Assembly (NCBI GenBank): GCA_965648915.1 | Contig: CBFGIV010000010.1 | Coordinates: 1 to 62,341, forward strand | Source: a candidate division WOR-3 bacterium | Lineage (GTDB): Bacteria; Hydrothermota; Tepidihabitantia; SM23-42; CAYGYG01 | Reading direction: 5' to 3' | Length of the DNA: 62,341 nt | Shown here: one piece after another, positions 40,052-50,424 of the stretch | How positions within the stretch are numbered: the first letter of the stretch is position 1 | Layout of the letters: every line of letters begins with the position of its first letter | The notes under the pieces: generated by a model | The model's input: only the letters and a program-made list of their open reading frames with translations | The model's database searches: none | What the model was told of the DNA's origin: nothing | Position numbers and translations under genes: made by a program

Positions 40052-40814
40052 AAAGATGAAGTCCCCGATCAAGAAAGAAGCCGGCGGACCAAAATCTTCG
40101 CTTCGACCTGAGGAGCGGATAATGAAACGGGTTCTGCGTCTGGCCCGAACTCCGCTCAATCGCATTATGGTCCCCAAGGTCGATATTGTTGCCTGTCCGG
40201 TTGAGCAGAAGGTCAAAGAGGTTATCAATCTCTTTCACGAAACCGGTTATTCACGCCTGCCGGTCTTCTATGACTCAATCGACAATATCGTTGGTATTAT
40301 CCATCTTAAAGACATCTTCCGGATAATCGCGCACCATCAGAAAGAGGAAATTGAAGCAATGCCGGTAGTAGAATTTGTCCGACTGCCTGATTTCATCTAT
40401 GAAAATATCTATGGACTCAATGCTTTCCTGCAGATGCAGAGGCAGAAGACATCACTGGCAATTGTGATTGATGAGTTTGGTCGGGTGGTCGGGTTGATCA
40501 CCGTTGAGGATCTACTCGAGGAGATGGTTGGCGAACTTATCGATGAGTTTGACCGTGAACCTAAAGAACCTCTGGTTAAGATTTCAGAGAACCAGTACCA
40601 GTTTGATACCAAGATACCGATTGACCGTTTCTGCGAGATTGTCGGGATTGAAATCCCGCCCTATGATATTACTACCTTGGCCGGGTTGATATATCATATC
40701 GCCGATCGGATACCGAAGAAGGGGGAGAGGTTAAAATTTGGTGAATTAGAGTTTACCATCCTTGAGGGGTCAGCCCGCAAGATTACCAAAGTTTTAGTGG
40801 AACGAAAAGGATAG
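40044..40814 (+). CDS. CBS-pair + CorC/HlyC protein without TM domain
   Basis: IMVPK, GYSRLPV, IVIDEFG..VGLITVEDLLEE.VGE, TLAG. Confidence 0.88.
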   Translation: MDKKMKSPIKKEAGGPKSSLRPEERIMKRVLRLARTPLNRIMVPKVDIVACPVEQKVKEVINLFHETGYSRLPVFYDSIDNIVGIIHLKDIFRIIAHHQKEEIEAMPVVEFVRLPDFIYENIYGLNAFLQMQRQKTSLAIVIDEFGRVVGLITVEDLLEEMVGELIDEFDREPKEPLVKISENQYQFDTKIPIDRFCEIVGIEIPPYDITTLAGLIYHIADRIPKKGERLKFGELEFTILEGSARKITKVLVERKG

Positions 40815-40864
40815 GAGTCCTGCTCCCGGGCAGGTATAGTAATCCCATTCGGTGCCGAGATGAT

Positions 40865-40910
40865 TCTCTCTCGAAGGGCATATCACACTAATCGCCCTTT
40901 TCCTTTTTCC
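40865..40910 (+). repeat. Second copy of the leader motif at 10481-10527
   Basis: ctctctcgaagggcatatcacactaatcgcccttttcctttttcc versus ctctctcgagagcaaataccgcactaatcgcccttttttctttttcc. Confidence 0.75.
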
Positions 40911-41001
40911 CAACTTCCCTCCTGATTCTTTTCCAGCCTCTCAACTGTCAATATATCTTGACATTAAAAAAAAGATGTATAATATGGGGAAGGAGGAATT
41001 T

Positions 41002-43038
41002 ATGAGAAGAGGAATAATTCTCTTGGTTCTGATAGGAGTCTGTCTCATATATGGCGAATTTTTATATAAAAATGTCGACTACCTGATTGAGGTCAAAGTC
41101 CCGCATAAAGAGGTTTATAAACTCTCTCCTTATTATACCGTAGTCGATGCAGGTGAAGATTTTATCCGTATGGTTGTTAATGAAGAAGAACTCGGCGAAC
41201 TCAGGGCCTGGGGTTATGACATAAAGATCTTGGTCAGGGATTATGCTGGCTATAAAAGAACAATATGGGCAAAAGGTTTTTATCACACATATGCCCAGGT
41301 CTGTGACTCACTCATCAACTGGGCGAGCCGTTATTCTTCAATCTGCCGTCTTGATACTATCGGTTTCAGTGTTCGCAATCGTGCAATTCTGGCTTTAAGG
41401 GTAACGGACAATCCAAGAGTTGAAGAGTTGGAACCCGAGATTCGATTTATCGGTTCAATGCATGGTGATGAGAAGATAGGTTGTGAGATCGTCCTCTTCT
41501 TCGGCCACTGGATATTGAGTAGTTATGCAACCGATCCCCTGGCCCGGGCTCTGGTCAACAACCGGGAGATCTGGGTGATACCAATCTACAATGTTGATGG
41601 CCACATTGCGGACACAAGACAGAATGCAAATGGTGTCGATTTAAATCGTGATTGCGGATATATGAATGGCCGGGTATCAGGATCGAGCGGTCCCTGGTCC
41701 CAGATTGAGAGTCAGCTCTTTTTGAGGCATGCAGAACAGAACAATTTAACTCTGGAATATAACTACCATTCTGCCGCCCAATATGTAAACTATCTCTGGG
41801 ATTTTCATCCGGTCGATCCTCCGGATAGCACCCTGATCATACCTTTATCACGGATCTACGCCGATACCACCCGGCTTACACCGATCAATGGCTATGACTG
41901 GTATCAGATATATAGTTCACTCCAAGATGCTGACTTTGGGATATTTGGAACAATAAGCACAACGATCGAGACCCCTGAACCATCCGGTTCTGCCGAGATC
42001 GATACAATCTGCATTCGTAATATGAGGGCGATGCGCAATGTGGCAATGCGCGCCGGATGGGGATTAAGAGGACAGGTCCGGGATTCGCTTAATAACCGTC
42101 CCCTCTCTGCTCGAATCGAATTCGTCAATCCGCTCCGGTGGTCCTGTTATACTGATCCGGACTCGGGCGATTTTCACAAGATGCTGGCCAGTGGTACCTA
42201 TACGATCAAGGTCTGCGCCAATGGATACCGATCAAAGATTGTATCGAATATCGTTGTTCCTCCAGATTCATCAATCTGGCTCAATGTTCTGCTTTCCCCT
42301 GACCAGACTTACCGTTATCCATTTAAGTTTGCTTGGACCGTATACGCCGATTCCTTCGAACGGATTGTCCCTCGTTCATTCTATGCCCTTGGTGATTCGG
42401 ACGGGTTTTACCACTCACTCGGTAAAAGCGGGGATATCGCACTCGATATGGGCTTGACCCCACTCATCAATGGTCCAGGTGTTGACTTCAGAGTAATCGA
42501 AGGCAATGATGGAACGGCCGAGGGTTATCGAGTCTATGCTTCAAATGGATGGAATGGGCCCTGGACCCTCTGTGGTGCTGACACGGGCAGCGGTGATTTT
42601 TCTTTGCCCGGCAGTTTGCCCAGCGCGCGCTATATCAGAATTACCGATGATGGCGATGGTCAGGCCAATTCACCGACGGCTGGTTTTGATTTAGATGCAT
42701 TGAAACCACTCCATTTTTCTTCAGTTGAAGAACAGATCATTACCAGACTTGAATCTTCTGAACCTTGCCTCTCGGTTTACCCCAATCCATTCAGATTCAA
42801 GACCGAGATTAAATTTAGTGTTGGCTCCAGGACAAAAGACCGGGTTTTGAATATCTATGATGCGACCGGTCGATTGGCGAGATCTTTTTGTTTTATTTCC
42901 TCTGGTCATTGCCCAGCCACTTCTTTAAACTGGGATGGAACGGATGAGAAAGGTCGTCAACTGCCCGGTGGCGTCTATTTTGTTGAATTCAAAACCGAAA
43001 ACGGTCGCATTTCTGAGAAATTGATTCGTTTGCGATAG
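41002..43038 (+). CDS. Secreted M14 zinc carboxypeptidase with T9SS/FlgD-like CTD
   Basis: AGGAGG + ATG 41002; signal peptide; HGDE, NANGVDLNR, NYHS, TIE; CTD YPNPF...WDGTDEKG...GVYFV. Confidence 0.92.
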   Translation: MRRGIILLVLIGVCLIYGEFLYKNVDYLIEVKVPHKEVYKLSPYYTVVDAGEDFIRMVVNEEELGELRAWGYDIKILVRDYAGYKRTIWAKGFYHTYAQVCDSLINWASRYSSICRLDTIGFSVRNRAILALRVTDNPRVEELEPEIRFIGSMHGDEKIGCEIVLFFGHWILSSYATDPLARALVNNREIWVIPIYNVDGHIADTRQNANGVDLNRDCGYMNGRVSGSSGPWSQIESQLFLRHAEQNNLTLEYNYHSAAQYVNYLWDFHPVDPPDSTLIIPLSRIYADTTRLTPINGYDWYQIYSSLQDADFGIFGTISTTIETPEPSGSAEIDTICIRNMRAMRNVAMRAGWGLRGQVRDSLNNRPLSARIEFVNPLRWSCYTDPDSGDFHKMLASGTYTIKVCANGYRSKIVSNIVVPPDSSIWLNVLLSPDQTYRYPFKFAWTVYADSFERIVPRSFYALGDSDGFYHSLGKSGDIALDMGLTPLINGPGVDFRVIEGNDGTAEGYRVYASNGWNGPWTLCGADTGSGDFSLPGSLPSARYIRITDDGDGQANSPTAGFDLDALKPLHFSSVEEQIITRLESSEPCLSVYPNPFRFKTEIKFSVGSRTKDRVLNIYDATGRLARSFCFISSGHCPATSLNWDGTDEKGRQLPGGVYFVEFKTENGRISEKLIRLR

Positions 43039-43123
43039 TTATTAAAATTTTTCTGGTGCTGTTTCCGGGATCCTGGTTAGCCCGTAATCTTCTCTCTTTA
43101 CATCTCCTATTTTTTAATGATAA

Positions 43124-44533
43124 TTGAGGGTGCACGAAATTGATTTAGATTCTGAGACCAAAAAGATCGCTTTAATTACAACAACACTCTCTTCTTTTTT
43201 AACCCCATTTATGGGGTCTTCAATCAATATTGCCCTGCCGGCAATCGGGAAGGAACTCTCACTGAGTGCCATCTCTTTAAGCTGGATCGCAACCGTCTAT
43301 CTCCTCTCAGCCGCGGTATTCCTTATCCCTGTTGGCCGGATTGCCGATATTGCCGGTCGCAAGAAGATATTCTTATACGGTACCGGTATATATACACTTG
43401 CCTCATTTCTCCTGGCATTATCAAAGTCGATCCTAACACTGATTCTGTTTCGCATTCTCCAGGGGATTGGTAGCACAATGCTTTTTGCCACCTCCATTGC
43501 TATTCTCAGTTCAGTCTTTCCGCCTGAGGAACGGGGGCGGGTACTCGGGATCAATGTCGCTTCGGTCTATTCCGGGCTCTCGCTCGGGCCCCTCCTGGGT
43601 GGTTTGCTTACTCAGAACTTAGGTTGGCGCAGTATATTCTGGATAAATATCCCCTTGGGGCTTTTGATCTTTGTCTTGATTATTACTAAATTGCCAAATG
43701 AATGGATCGAGTCCCGAAACGAGAAATTCGATTTTTTGGGATCGGTCATCTATGGTGTAACTCTGGTCACCTTTATCTTTGGCCTTTCTCACATTTTAAA
43801 AATATCGGGTGTCACCCTGATAATCACAAGTGTTATCTGCCTTATCGCCTTTATATTCTGGGAATTGTATTATCCTTCGCCATTACTCAATATAAATCTT
43901 TTTCGCTCTAACATTACCTTCACTTTTTCAAGTATTGCCGCATTGATAAACTATAGCGCCAACTCAGCCGTTGGTTTCCTTTTGAGTCTCTATCTCCAGT
44001 ATATCAAGGCATTGACTCCTCAATCGGCCGGACTTTTACTTCTTGCCCAACCCCTGACCCAGGCGTTCTTTTCACCCCTTACCGGTCGTCTCTCCGACCG
44101 GGTTGAACCGAGGATTATCGCTTCAATCGGCATGGCGCTGGGCTTTATGGGATTGGGGCTGCTCACGCTGATAGGATTCAATACCTCGATCACCTCCATC
44201 TTTGTAATTCTTATCTTTCTGGGTTTGGGTTTTGGTTTTTTTTCATCACCCAACACCAATGCAATTATGAGTTCGGTCGATAAGAAATTTTACGGGGTTG
44301 CTTCCGCCACAGTTGGGACGATGAGACTTTTAGGGCAGATGGTGAGTATGGGTATAACGATGTTGATCTTTTCCTTCTATCTCGGCCCGGTGCCGATCTC
44401 GGCCGACAACCATCATCTCTTCTTAAAAAGTATCAGGGTTGCTTTCATAATATATACCCTTTTATCCTTTTCTGGTATTTTTGCCTCACTGGCACGAAGG
44501 AAAATCCGGGAAATAAATAGGATTAAACCTTGA
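43124..44533 (+). CDS. MFS drug/metabolite exporter (DHA2-like)
   Basis: SINIALP, GRIADIAGRK, RILQGIG, FPPEERG, GWRSIFWINIP. Confidence 0.9.
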   Translation: MRVHEIDLDSETKKIALITTTLSSFLTPFMGSSINIALPAIGKELSLSAISLSWIATVYLLSAAVFLIPVGRIADIAGRKKIFLYGTGIYTLASFLLALSKSILTLILFRILQGIGSTMLFATSIAILSSVFPPEERGRVLGINVASVYSGLSLGPLLGGLLTQNLGWRSIFWINIPLGLLIFVLIITKLPNEWIESRNEKFDFLGSVIYGVTLVTFIFGLSHILKISGVTLIITSVICLIAFIFWELYYPSPLLNINLFRSNITFTFSSIAALINYSANSAVGFLLSLYLQYIKALTPQSAGLLLLAQPLTQAFFSPLTGRLSDRVEPRIIASIGMALGFMGLGLLTLIGFNTSITSIFVILIFLGLGFGFFSSPNTNAIMSSVDKKFYGVASATVGTMRLLGQMVSMGITMLIFSFYLGPVPISADNHHLFLKSIRVAFIIYTLLSFSGIFASLARRKIREINRIKP

Positions 44534-44561
44534 TTGACAGCGACCGGATTCTGGATATAAT
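44534..44561 (+). promoter_or_regulatory. Consensus sigma70 promoter of the TrpB2 gene
   Basis: TTGACA-N16-TATAAT. Confidence 0.75.
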
Positions 44562-44637
44562 AGAATATAAAGTCTTTAACTTTTTAGGAACCTGATTTTT
44601 TCTTAATGTTTAAAGATTTAATTTAAGGAGGATCTCA

Positions 44638-45930
44638 ATGAAGAATATGGTCAATTTAAGATTTGATGAGATGCCCACGCAATGGTATAATATCATACCG
44701 GACCTGCCCGAACCTTTACCCCCACCGCTCGATCCGAAAGAGGGGCCATCCCGGATCCAGAATCTTCCCAACCTGATGATAGGTGAATGTTTGAAACAGG
44801 AGTTTGCAACTGAAAGATGGATCGATATCCCGGGTGGTATAATAGATCTCTATGCTAAGGCCGGGAGACCCAGACCGCTTTTTCGGGCAACCAATCTTGA
44901 AAAGAGGCTTGATACACCGGCCCGGCTCTATTATAAGGGTGAATTTTTCAGCCCGACGGGCAGTCACAAAGTAAATACTGCTCTGGCGCAGTGCTGGTAT
45001 GCAAAACAGCAAGGTTTTGAACGGGTGACGACCGAGACCGGAGCAGGACAGTGGGGCACTGCGCTCTCTTATGCAGCAGCAGTTACTGGATTAAAGTGCA
45101 CAGTTTTCTGGGTGCGGAGTGTTTATAACTGGAAAAAGGATCGTCTCTCATTTATGAAATTACTCGGTGCTGATGTCTATGCCTCACCCAGTCCGATGAC
45201 CAAAGTTGGTAAGGAACTCTATGACAAGAATCCGAACCATGTCGGTTCTCTCGGCATCGCTATATCTGAAGGGCTTGAGGATTCGCAGCGTGACCCTAAA
45301 GCCACCTATGCCTTAGGATCGGTCCTGAACCATGTATTGATGCATCAGACAATCATTGGACTTGAAGCCCAAAAGCAATTTGAGATTTTTGATGACTACC
45401 CGGACATTGTCATTTCCTGTCTGGGAGGAGGCTCAAACTTTGGAGGTTTTGCCCTTCCGTTTATCGGTGATGTCCTGACTAAAGGCAAGAAGATAAAGTT
45501 TATTGCTGCCCAGAGTCAGGTTGCGCCAAATCTGCAGGGTAAATATGAATACGATTTTGCCGACTATGCTGAGATTACACCACTGCTCAAGATGTACACG
45601 CTGGGGCACAAGATTGATATGGCCCCGATCAAGGGCGACGGTCTTCGTTACCATGGTTGTTCACCGATCATCAGTCTTTTGCGCCACAAAGGTTATATCG
45701 ATACCGTAGCCTATCCTGGTGATGAAAGGCATGTCTTTGAGAATGCCAGAATATTTATGGAGACTGAAGGCTGGTTACCGGCTCCAGAGTCATCCTATTC
45801 AGTCTGTTGTGCGATCGATGAGGCAATAAAATGTCGTGAGACCGGTGAGAAGAAGGTCATTGCTTTCAATGTGAGTGGCCACGGTTTTCTCGATATCCCT
45901 GGTTTCAGGACAGTGCTCGGACTTGAATAG
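44638..45930 (+). CDS. trpB2: Stand-alone TrpB2-type PLP enzyme
   Basis: WYNI.PDLP, SPTGSHK, TETGAGQWG, GSVLNHV, GGGSNF, GLRYHG, SGHG; no adjacent trpA. Confidence 0.9.
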   Translation: MKNMVNLRFDEMPTQWYNIIPDLPEPLPPPLDPKEGPSRIQNLPNLMIGECLKQEFATERWIDIPGGIIDLYAKAGRPRPLFRATNLEKRLDTPARLYYKGEFFSPTGSHKVNTALAQCWYAKQQGFERVTTETGAGQWGTALSYAAAVTGLKCTVFWVRSVYNWKKDRLSFMKLLGADVYASPSPMTKVGKELYDKNPNHVGSLGIAISEGLEDSQRDPKATYALGSVLNHVLMHQTIIGLEAQKQFEIFDDYPDIVISCLGGGSNFGGFALPFIGDVLTKGKKIKFIAAQSQVAPNLQGKYEYDFADYAEITPLLKMYTLGHKIDMAPIKGDGLRYHGCSPIISLLRHKGYIDTVAYPGDERHVFENARIFMETEGWLPAPESSYSVCCAIDEAIKCRETGEKKVIAFNVSGHGFLDIPGFRTVLGLE

Positions 45931-46044
45931 AGGAGGTGAAAAGGCCGATCAACTCTTGTTAGTCAGTGATTAAGATCAGTTAGAGTTAAATAAAGACTTA
46001 GGCTCGATATTGCTAATAATAAATTCTCAAAGGAGGTGTTGGGA

Positions 46045-46638
46045 ATGTTGAGCGCTGAAGATGTCGAGAAGATTAAAGGGATAAAGGGGGAAGTACGCGG
46101 TGTTGCCTTTCAGACCGACGCCAAGTTTATAATAAAGAAATACAGTGAGAGTGGACTTCAGAAGATTGAAGATGAACTTAACGTCCTCAATTTCAATATA
46201 AGTTACCGGTCGATCAGGGCGATGGAGTGGCTTCCTTTAAGATTACGGGTTCTTTCCTTTTTGGTGATTCGAGATATTTTTGACTGGACAGATAAAGATT
46301 ATAAAGAAATGGGGTATGAAGGACCCAGGCATTCTTTTATTATCAGAATTCTTGGTAGATTCTTATCATCTCCTCGTGATACCTTTTTGAGCAGCCCTAA
46401 ATACTGGGAAAAGCATTACACGGTTGGCGTGCTCTATCCTCAGGTATTAAACGAGATCGAAAGGTATGCAGTTTTAAAACTTAAAGATTTTAATGTTCCT
46501 TCGTTCTACTGTCGATACCTTGAAGGTTATTTCTCCTGTCTTCTTCAATATCAATTTCCGAACCGAACGGTCCGCTCGGAAGAGGTAAGATGTATTAATA
46601 AAGGGGATCCATATCATGAATTCAGATTTACCTGGTGA
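46045..46638 (+). CDS. V4R/HNOB-like hypothetical sensor protein
   Basis: AGGAGG + ATG 46045; KGEVRG; C-terminal 'YCRYLEGYF...EVRCINKGDPYHEFRFTW'. Confidence 0.6.
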   Translation: MLSAEDVEKIKGIKGEVRGVAFQTDAKFIIKKYSESGLQKIEDELNVLNFNISYRSIRAMEWLPLRLRVLSFLVIRDIFDWTDKDYKEMGYEGPRHSFIIRILGRFLSSPRDTFLSSPKYWEKHYTVGVLYPQVLNEIERYAVLKLKDFNVPSFYCRYLEGYFSCLLQYQFPNRTVRSEEVRCINKGDPYHEFRFTW

Positions 46639-48022
46639 TCAAAATATCAGAGACAGGATTAGACAACTTGAGTCGGATATCTTCGATTTAGAGTGTTACA
46701 TAAATGATATATGGGAATTTTTACCTGTTTCTATATTCTCTTTAAATCCTCAGGGAGTCATTATTGATGTCAATCGCAGTGCTGAAGAGTTATTTGGATA
46801 TTCAAGGGATGAAATTGTTGGCAAGCATCTGGATGCAATATTTCCCGGGCAAATAGATGAAGGGATATTACGGACAATCTTATCCCTTAAACCAGTCAAA
46901 AATCAAGAATTAAACTTGAAGGACCGGTCGGGTAAAAATCTTCTGGTCAACATCAATACCTTTCCGAGGGTTTATGAGCCAGAGAAAGTAATTGGCTATT
47001 TTATGGCAATCTTTGATATTACCGAGTTGAAGGAGGCAGAAAAACTTCTGACCGAATCCGAAGAGAAATACCGGATGACCATTGATATGATGCCCGAAGC
47101 GATACATGTTGTTGACCGGGACTTAAATATTGTCTTTTTTAATGAGGCGTGTAAGCGGTGGAATCGGGAACTCAATCTTAAAACCGATGTCCTGGGGCTC
47201 AATATTTTCGAGGTTTTTCCCTTTTTGTCGGAGCGGGTTCGTCAAGAGTATCAGTGGGTCATCGAAAATGGTAAATTGCTGGTAACCGAGGAGACGACCC
47301 GGGTTGGTGAGAAGGATTATGTTACCGAGACCAGTAAGATTCCGATTTTCGAAGGCGGTAGAGTGAGCAGGGTGATTACGGTAATCCGCAATATTACTGA
47401 TAAGGCAAGGCATAAGAGCGAACTTGAGCAGAGTTATCGCCAATTAAAAAAGATGATGGATGGTATTGTGGTTGCTCTGGCATCGGCGGTGGAAAAGAGG
47501 GACCCTTATACTGCCGGCCATCAGCATCGGGTTACTAACCTTGCCTGTGCGATTGCCCAGGAGATCGGTCTGATGGCTGACCAGATCGAGGAGATCCGGG
47601 TTGCCAGTATCCTCCATGATATCGGAAAGATCTATGTGCCATCAGAGATTCTGAGCAAACCAACATTTCTCACCGAGGCTGAATACAGCATTGTCAAAAC
47701 CCATCCCGAGATCGGTTATGAGATATTGAAGAACATTGAGTTCCCCTGGCCGGTAGCGGAAATTGTATTACAGCACCACGAGAGACTGAATGGTTCTGGT
47801 TATCCTAAGGGACTTACCAGTGATTTGATAATTTTCGAGAGCAAGATTTTGATGGTTGCCGATGTTGTTGAGGCAATGGCTACCCATCGTCCCTATCGAC
47901 CGGCGCGTGGTATCGATGTGGCACTGGATGAAATTATAAAAAATTCTGGAATACTTTATGATGAAAGGGTTGTCGAGATCTGTTTGAGACTGTTTAAGAG
48001 TAAAGGTTTTAAGTTTGATTAG
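46616..48022 (+). CDS. PAS-PAS-HD-GYP cyclic dinucleotide phosphodiesterase
   Basis: Two PAS segments; DPYTAGH, LHDIGK, HHERLNGSGYP, ADVVEAM..HRPYR. Confidence 0.92.
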   Translation: MNSDLPGDQNIRDRIRQLESDIFDLECYINDIWEFLPVSIFSLNPQGVIIDVNRSAEELFGYSRDEIVGKHLDAIFPGQIDEGILRTILSLKPVKNQELNLKDRSGKNLLVNINTFPRVYEPEKVIGYFMAIFDITELKEAEKLLTESEEKYRMTIDMMPEAIHVVDRDLNIVFFNEACKRWNRELNLKTDVLGLNIFEVFPFLSERVRQEYQWVIENGKLLVTEETTRVGEKDYVTETSKIPIFEGGRVSRVITVIRNITDKARHKSELEQSYRQLKKMMDGIVVALASAVEKRDPYTAGHQHRVTNLACAIAQEIGLMADQIEEIRVASILHDIGKIYVPSEILSKPTFLTEAEYSIVKTHPEIGYEILKNIEFPWPVAEIVLQHHERLNGSGYPKGLTSDLIIFESKILMVADVVEAMATHRPYRPARGIDVALDEIIKNSGILYDERVVEICLRLFKSKGFKFD

Positions 48023-48064
48023 AGGGATTTTTGACTGCAGATAGAATATAGCAATAATAAATTT

Positions 48065-49147
48065 GTGAAGCAGAAGCCGACCTTAAAAAGACTCCTCTGG
48101 GTTCTTCTCAAAATTGGTTCCATCGGTTTTGGTGGTGGCCCCGGGATGCTGGCGCTTCTGAAGCATGAAATGGTGGAAAAGAGAGGGTGGGTAACTGAAG
48201 ATGACCTGTCGGTTGGCGTTGGACTGGGGCAGATGTTGCCTGGCCCTTTTGTCCCTAATTATGTTGAATACCTCGGCTACCGTCTTTTCCGAATCAAAGG
48301 TGCAATTTTAGGAGTTGTTGTCTTTTTATTACCTTCGGTCATTTTAGTTACGATCATAAGTTTCTTATATTGCCGGTTCCGAACTATCCCCGGGATTGAC
48401 CATATCCTTCGTGGTATCGGACCGGTTGTTACCGCTATTCTCTTCTGGGCCGGCCTGGATATGGGCAAAAGGATGGTTGGTGATTATAAGGCAGACATTA
48501 TACTGGTGATCGCCTTTATCAGTCAGATATTGAAATTTGATGTCCTCTTTACTGTTCTATTGTGTGGTCTATTAGGTATCTTAATTTATCGTAAGGAGAA
48601 GGTATCTGTTGTTGCTGTCTCCTTACCAATTTTGATTGAACTCTTTGCCATTTTTTTAAAAATCGGTTCGATCACCTTTGGTGGAGGATATGCGGCAATA
48701 CCATTTATTAAGAGCGAAATCATCGATTTACGCCACTGGTTGACGATGCGAGAATTTGTTGATGGAGTTGCCATCGCCCAGATTACACCCGGGCCGGTAG
48801 CGATACTGGCGACTTTCGTAGGCTTTAAGACCCAGGGCATCATGGGAGCAGGGGTTGCAACCCTGGGTATGTTCCTGCCTTCTTTCCTCTTATTACTGGG
48901 TCTCTTACAGATTTATGATCGGATCAAGGGGCATAACCTGGTAGTAAATTTTTTTAAGGGCATTAAACCGGCGATTGTCGGTTTTCTGCTTGCGGCCGGT
49001 CTCTTTTTCGCACTTAATACATTAAGCGATTGGCGCTATGTGCTTTTTGGTCTGGTTATATTTTTTATTTTTCTGAAATTCCGGATTGATCCGGTCTTTA
49101 CCATTATTGGTGGTGGAATATTTGGTTTCATCCTGGGAAGGCTATAA
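48065..49147 (+). CDS. chrA: Chromate transporter (CHR, bidomain)
   Basis: GFGGG...QMLPGP and FGGGY...AQITPGP. Confidence 0.9.
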   Translation: MKQKPTLKRLLWVLLKIGSIGFGGGPGMLALLKHEMVEKRGWVTEDDLSVGVGLGQMLPGPFVPNYVEYLGYRLFRIKGAILGVVVFLLPSVILVTIISFLYCRFRTIPGIDHILRGIGPVVTAILFWAGLDMGKRMVGDYKADIILVIAFISQILKFDVLFTVLLCGLLGILIYRKEKVSVVAVSLPILIELFAIFLKIGSITFGGGYAAIPFIKSEIIDLRHWLTMREFVDGVAIAQITPGPVAILATFVGFKTQGIMGAGVATLGMFLPSFLLLLGLLQIYDRIKGHNLVVNFFKGIKPAIVGFLLAAGLFFALNTLSDWRYVLFGLVIFFIFLKFRIDPVFTIIGGGIFGFILGRL

Positions 49148-49221
49148 GGCATAAAGATTCTGCCCGGCACTTTTTTACAAAAAAGGTTGATTTATGAGCA
49201 TATCCTGAATATAATCAATCA

Positions 49222-50424
49222 ATGCGTTCTCCATGTAGATATTTTTATTTCCTTTTCCTCCTTTATGTGCTGGTGCTTAATTGTCCGGGTAAAAGAGAAG
49301 AAAAGGCCATCGAACATCACCGAACCCCTGTTATTACAATTGAACCGGTAAAACTTAAAAGGAATAGTCACCTCCAGGCGGCGCTTTTTAAGACTACTCT
49401 TGACCAATCATTTTCACTTCGGCTCATCGATCTGTTGAAGACCTCGAAATTTCCCTTCCGGTACTGTCAGCCGTGTGATTCAATTTATATAATTCGTAAA
49501 AACGGTGAATTCCAGCAGTTTTGTTATGTAAAAAGTCCGAAAGAGAAGTTCATCATCGAAAGCGATTCCTGTGGGCTTAAATGTTATATGTTTTTTCCCT
49601 ATCTCGAATACCATCAGGTTGTGATTGCCGGGCGGATAAATTCTTCACTTTATGAAACGATGATCTCGATGGGCGAGACGCCTGAATTGGTTTACAAATT
49701 TGCTGATATATTTGCCTGGGAGATCGATTTCTTTACCGAGACTCAAGATGGAGACAGTTTTGAGGTTCTGGTTGAAAAGGAACTTGCTTACTCAAGGGTT
49801 ATTGGTTACACCAAAATTCTTTATGTGCGCTATAAAGGCTTAATAGGTGACTATAAAGGGATTTACTTTGATGACCCTGAAGGATACGATGATTTCTATA
49901 ATCTTTATGGTGAGTCTTTGCGAAAATCGTTGTTGAAGTCGCCGTTACGCTACAGCCGGATTAGTTCATTTTTTTCCCATCGACGGATGCATCCGATTTT
50001 GAGAATATATCGACCCCATCACGGTATTGACTATGTTGCGCCGGCCGGGACACCGGTTTCAAGCATCGGTGAAGGTCGGGTGACTTTTATGGGCTGGAAA
50101 GGTGGCTATGGTCGACTGGTCGAAATAAGGCATCCCAATAATTATAAGACTCGATACGGGCATCTCTCCCGATATGCGTCCGGACTTAAACCGGGGAAAC
50201 ATATCAAGATGGGTGAGGTGATTGGCTATGTGGGAAGCTCGGGCCTTGCGACCGGCCCCCATCTCCATTTTGAATTTCATATCAATAATCGACCGTCCAA
50301 TCCATTAAAGATAAAGATTCCCCGGGCCCCCTCGGTCAAGGAGAAATATCGACCGATGTTTGAAAAGGAGAAGAACGAGATATTAAAGATGGTGCAGATT
50401 TTGAAAAAGGCAACGATTTTATGA
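49222..50424 (+). CDS. M23 peptidoglycan DD-endopeptidase
   Basis: HHGIDY, YGH, TGPHLHFE; TTGATT-N17-TATAAT at 49187-49215. Confidence 0.92.
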   Translation: MRSPCRYFYFLFLLYVLVLNCPGKREEKAIEHHRTPVITIEPVKLKRNSHLQAALFKTTLDQSFSLRLIDLLKTSKFPFRYCQPCDSIYIIRKNGEFQQFCYVKSPKEKFIIESDSCGLKCYMFFPYLEYHQVVIAGRINSSLYETMISMGETPELVYKFADIFAWEIDFFTETQDGDSFEVLVEKELAYSRVIGYTKILYVRYKGLIGDYKGIYFDDPEGYDDFYNLYGESLRKSLLKSPLRYSRISSFFSHRRMHPILRIYRPHHGIDYVAPAGTPVSSIGEGRVTFMGWKGGYGRLVEIRHPNNYKTRYGHLSRYASGLKPGKHIKMGEVIGYVGSSGLATGPHLHFEFHINNRPSNPLKIKIPRAPSVKEKYRPMFEKEKNEILKMVQILKKATIL

